DNA of 18,353 bases from assembly GCA_963977445.1 (NCBI GenBank), contig CAXBPH010000130.1, forward strand, positions 1 to 18,353, given 5' to 3'. Source of the DNA: an uncultured bacterium. GTDB lineage: Bacteria > Hydrogenedentota > Hydrogenedentia > Hydrogenedentales > JAEUWI01. Within the stretch, counting starts at the first letter, position 1. Every line of letters starts with the position of its first letter. The position numbers were made by a program, and so were the translations under genes. The notes under the pieces are model-generated. The model was not told the origin of the DNA, did not search any database, and saw only the letters and a program-made list of their open reading frames with translations. Positions 14,849 through 18,353 of this stretch are shown here, one piece after another.

Positions 14849-15319
14849 CTATTGGCCATCTTCGGCCGCCTCAATCAGCGTGTAGGCTTCTTGCGGGCCG
14901 ACCGACTTAATGAGTTTTATCAGAAGTTCTTCGCTTTCCAGGAGGTGTTGCACTCCACGAATCGCCTGAACTTCGCCCAGAAAATCCTTTTTGGGAACGA
15001 GGAGGAGTACGACGACTTTGGCGACCTTGTCATCCAACGACCGGAAGGGAATTCCCTTGGCCGAGATGCCAATCGTGCAAATTACGTCTTCCACCAGATC
15101 GGTTGCCAGATGGGGGACGGCTATGCCGCGGGCCATACCGGATCCCAGGGAGTCTTCATTGGCATAGAGACCATCAAGCAGTATACCGCGGTGCTTCATG
15201 GGCACATCGTGATATTGAATGAGGATATCCATCAATTCACTGATGGTTTCCCGCTTCTTTTCCGCGTCCAGTCCTATCTTGATAAGCTCGGGCCGCAATA
15301 TCTCATGTAACATTATCAT
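14849..15319 (-). CDS. PTS EIIA (fructose/mannitol/Ntr-type, PTS_EIIA_2) domain protein
   Basis: L.A..K.E.I.EL, GIAVPH phospho-His motif, GIPF.SLD...K.V.LL. Start overlaps the atpD stop (ATGA); an alternative start is 15313. Confidence 0.85.
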   Translation of the reverse strand: MIMLHEILRPELIKIGLDAEKKRETISELMDILIQYHDVPMKHRGILLDGLYANEDSLGSGMARGIAVPHLATDLVEDVICTIGISAKGIPFRSLDDKVAKVVVLLLVPKKDFLGEVQAIRGVQHLLESEELLIKLIKSVGPQEAYTLIEAAEDGQ

Positions 15320-16005
15320 TGGGCCTGCTCCTGTACGGCAGCCTTTTCTTTTGCTGCAGCCTGCGCCTTGCGCTTCTGAACGGCCTTCTTGCCCTTGATT
15401 TTCTTCAGGCGGAAGGTGTCTTCCCGCTCGCGTTCGTCCAGCACACTGGCAATACCCCGCATTTGGCCGCGCAAGCGGGGCAGGAGGTATTCTTCCAGCG
15501 CGTTGATACGGCGGGAGACTTTTTTCACTTCTTCACCCACTATCTGGAGGTTACGCTCCAGGGGGGCGCATATAAGGAGCTGGGCAAGCATGAGTTCCGA
15601 ACTTTCGGAGGCTTCCTGTACATGGGCGGACGTATCCAGCAGTCCCATGCCACGGGTCGATGGGGTGCGGACGACGCCGACCTGATCGATACGACCGAGG
15701 GGAAGGCCCCAGACTTTATCGGAGCCCACCTTCAAGTCAAGCTCACGGCGGCCAGCGACGGCGGCCGACTTGAGCTCGGGCGTACCCCGAACGGCACGGG
15801 CCATGGCAACGGCATCACCTGCCGCACGACCCCGTTCATGGAGCTCATCGCGCATGTCGCGAAGTTCACGAGCCCGCGTCAGCAATTCCTGCATCAGGGC
15901 GTCTCGTTTGCCCTTCAACAGACCCACCCCGTCGGAAGCCATTTTGATCTGGCCCTTCAGGAGGAGCATATTCATGCGTGTTGGCGCTATATTGTCCATA
16001 CTCAT
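15316..16005 (-). CDS. atpD: V/A-type ATP synthase subunit D
   Basis: PTRMNMLLLK, G..LLK.KRDAL..E, EVKKVSRRINALE..LLP, LDEREREDTFRLKKIK. Confidence 0.95.
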   Translation of the reverse strand: MSMDNIAPTRMNMLLLKGQIKMASDGVGLLKGKRDALMQELLTRARELRDMRDELHERGRAAGDAVAMARAVRGTPELKSAAVAGRRELDLKVGSDKVWGLPLGRIDQVGVVRTPSTRGMGLLDTSAHVQEASESSELMLAQLLICAPLERNLQIVGEEVKKVSRRINALEEYLLPRLRGQMRGIASVLDEREREDTFRLKKIKGKKAVQKRKAQAAAKEKAAVQEQAQ

Positions 16006-16102
16006 GGTTCAAAATCTCGTGTGAAGTTTGAGTTTAACGTGTTGCCACGTCAGACGGTGCTTCGATTGTATATTCAACGGCCCAACCGTGGGCTGATGAA
16101 AG

Positions 16103-16132
16103 GCCTGACAGGACTCAGGAGCCCTGTCAGGC
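16103..16132. repeat. intra-operon hairpin between subunits B and D
   Basis: GCCTGACAGG...CCTGTCAGGC 10-bp perfect arms. Only a short CTTTC tail on the transcribed (minus) strand. Confidence 0.6.
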
Positions 16133-16148
16133 AAACGTAACGACGTTA

Positions 16149-17597
16149 CTAGGCGTTTTCGATCGTCGATACCGCTTCTTTTTTCACGGTGGCGTTGGGA
16201 TCGATTGGCACGTAGAATTCTTCAACGGTTTCGCGCTTGATACGGGTCAGTTCGGACTTGGGCAGGTGACCCATGACCTTCCAACCGATGGCGAAAGTGT
16301 CTTCCATGGGACGACGGGTCATACCCTGTCCAATCATTTCCGCTTCGAATGCATTGGAGAAACGGAGATACTTCTTGTCGAGCTCTGTCAGGGCGTCTTC
16401 ACCCACGATGGCCATCAGCTTTTTGATACGCTGACCTTCGGCATAGGCGGCGTAGAGCTGGTTAGCCCATTCGCGGTGCCAGGGCTGTGTCTTGTTCTTG
16501 CCGATACCATTGTTCATGAGACGGGAAAGACAGGGCAGCAGGTCCACCGGCGGGAAGATACCCTGGCGGTGAAGGGGACGACTCAGTACGATCTGGCCCT
16601 CGGTGATATAACCGGTAAGGTCAGGAATGGGGTGCGTGATATCGTCATCCGGCATGGTAAGCATGGGGATCTGCGTTACCGAGCCACTGTTGCCACGGAT
16701 ACGACCGGCGCGTTCATAGATGGTCGACAAATCGGTGTACATGTAACCGGGATATCCACGACGTCCGGGAATTTCTTCACGGGCGGAGGAGATCTGACGG
16801 AGTGCGTCGCAATAGTTGGTCAAGTCGGTCAGTACGACGAGTACCTGGTATCCTTTTTCAAAGGCCAGGTATTCAGCGACCGTCAGGGCGCAACGGGGGG
16901 TGAAGAGTCGTTCAATCGCCGGATCATCCGCCTGATTGATAAACGCCACCACCTGGGATCCCTTACCGCCTTCTTCGAAGGCCTTCAGGAAGTACTCGGT
17001 CTCACGGGCGGTAATGCCCATGGCCGCAAACACCGTCACGAAAGGCGTGTCGTCGCCCTTGGTACCGGCGTTCTGCACGATCATGTTGGCGATTTCGTTA
17101 CCAGGAAGACCGGAGCCCAGGAAGATAGGAAGCTTCTGACCACGTACCAGGGTGTTGAACCCGTCGATGGTGGAGAGGCCGGTTTCGATAAAGTCATTAG
17201 GCGCATCGCGAGACACGGGATTAATGGCTGAACCACCGATTTCCACTTCCTTTTCCGGCACAACCGGGGGCAATCCGTCGATAGGTACGCCCGTTCCATT
17301 GAAACGGCGACCAATAACGTCAGGGGTACAGGCGACCTTGGCGGCGCTATCCTTGAGGGATACCGACGTGCCTTTGATATCGACACCACGTGTTCCCTGC
17401 AGAATCTGCAGTACGGCGTGGGTCTTGGTCGCTTCGAGGATCTGGCCCTGGCGCTGTTCACCGCTTTCCATGTGAACATTGAGGATAGCGCCCGTTGGGA
17501 AACGTTCACCATTCTCCAGAAAAACCAGGGGACCCGAAACATAGGTCATGTCCCAGTATTCTTTTTGGAGTGTTTCTTCGTTACTATTTTCAGACAT
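16149..17597 (-). CDS. atpB: V/A-type ATP synthase subunit B
   Basis: LVRGQKLPIF.GSGLP.NEIA, ADDPAIER..TPR.ALT.AEYLA, EEIPGRRGYPGYMYTDL..IYERAG, DITHPIPDLTGYITEGQI, LSRLM. Confidence 0.97.
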   Translation of the reverse strand: MSENSNEETLQKEYWDMTYVSGPLVFLENGERFPTGAILNVHMESGEQRQGQILEATKTHAVLQILQGTRGVDIKGTSVSLKDSAAKVACTPDVIGRRFNGTGVPIDGLPPVVPEKEVEIGGSAINPVSRDAPNDFIETGLSTIDGFNTLVRGQKLPIFLGSGLPGNEIANMIVQNAGTKGDDTPFVTVFAAMGITARETEYFLKAFEEGGKGSQVVAFINQADDPAIERLFTPRCALTVAEYLAFEKGYQVLVVLTDLTNYCDALRQISSAREEIPGRRGYPGYMYTDLSTIYERAGRIRGNSGSVTQIPMLTMPDDDITHPIPDLTGYITEGQIVLSRPLHRQGIFPPVDLLPCLSRLMNNGIGKNKTQPWHREWANQLYAAYAEGQRIKKLMAIVGEDALTELDKKYLRFSNAFEAEMIGQGMTRRPMEDTFAIGWKVMGHLPKSELTRIKRETVEEFYVPIDPNATVKKEAVSTIENA

Positions 17598-17614
17598 GGC
17601 AGTAATTCCCTGGG

Positions 17615-18353
17615 TTATTTGGCTTCAAGTGCGCCAAGGACCTGTTTGTAGTTTTCGATGCAGGCATCTTTCTTGGCCGTGAAGCCTTCATTCGGCTCTT
17701 CCTTAAGACGCGAAATTTCTTCACGAAGGGGGAGATCCGTGATGCGCGTCAAGGGAATTTCACGTTCAAGGACCTTCATGCACTCCTCGTGATAGACAAG
17801 GATCATCTCAAGAAGGCCGAAGCATTTATCCAAATCGCAGGCCGCGTCGTTTTCGGAAAACGCACTCTGTTGGAGGAATACTTCGCGAACCATACGGGAT
17901 ACTTCGAGGATAAGGCGTTCCTGATCCTGCAGGGCGTCGGGTCCGACCAACTGAACGATGTCATTCAATTCGTGTTCACGCTGAAGCAGCGAGGCTGCCT
18001 GCTGGCGACGTGCAATCCAGCCCGTCGGTGCGTTTTCTTCGAACCAGTCCTTGAGCCCTTCGAAATACAGGGTGAAACTGGTATTCCAGTTAACACTGGG
18101 ATAGTGACGACGGTAGGCCAGACCGGAATCCAGCGCCCAGAGGGCACCCGACACACGCATGGAGGTCTGGGTAACCGGTTCCGAGAAGTCACCACCGGGA
18201 GGGGACACGGCACCTACAGCGGTCAAGGAACCCTTACGGGGCTTGTCGCTCGTGGCTTCAGTACCGCAGCAAATCACGTTACCGCAACGTTCATAGAATG
18301 CAGCGATACGTTCGGAAAGGTAGGTTGGATAGCCTTCTTCACCGGGCATCTCT
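17615..18353 (-). CDS. atpA: V/A-type ATP synthase subunit A, C-terminal part (truncated by the window edge)
   Basis: EMPGEEGYPTYL..RIAAFYER.G, GAVSPPGGDFSEPVTQ, LAYRRHYPSVNW..S, IVQLVG.DAL, FLQQ.AF. Confidence 0.96.
   Translation of the reverse strand, partial: EMPGEEGYPTYLSERIAAFYERCGNVICCGTEATSDKPRKGSLTAVGAVSPPGGDFSEPVTQTSMRVSGALWALDSGLAYRRHYPSVNWNTSFTLYFEGLKDWFEENAPTGWIARRQQAASLLQREHELNDIVQLVGPDALQDQERLILEVSRMVREVFLQQSAFSENDAACDLDKCFGLLEMILVYHEECMKVLEREIPLTRITDLPLREEISRLKEEPNEGFTAKKDACIENYKQVLGALEAK

Noticed and set aside
15319..17231. 273-aa and 321-aa plus-strand ORFs
   Set aside because: Shadows of ATPase subunits D and B.

Overview
Bacterial chromosomal window with mostly core genes and a few accessory blocks. 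In order: a DUF4160/DUF2442 toxin-antitoxin-type pair; ruvA-ruvB; a 468-aa protein that looks like a degenerate CinA/PncC + NadD fusion; an alkyltransferase-like (Atl) gene; a Gfo/Idh/MocA dehydrogenase and TIM-barrel isomerase pair resembling 3-keto-glycoside/levoglucosan-type catabolism, interrupted by a small membrane protein and a 34-bp inverted repeat built of 9-mers; a DUF1559/H-X9-DG-type protein; a three-gene signalling cassette; a Tat-exported dimethylformamidase-beta-like protein; yebC; and the 3' end of a V/A-type ATPase operon (A partial, B, D) with a translationally coupled PTS EIIA-like gene. The most striking element is the signalling cassette. Its histidine kinase carries an ETR1-type ethylene-binding domain with all seven binding-critical residues at exact spacing, followed by a FixL-like PAS domain. 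It is followed by an Rcp1-like receiver and a receiver with an uncharacterised Cys/His output domain. The H-X9-DG protein style suggests Candidatus Hydrogenedentota or a PVC-like host (inference only). All family assignments are by motif recognition; no searches were run.
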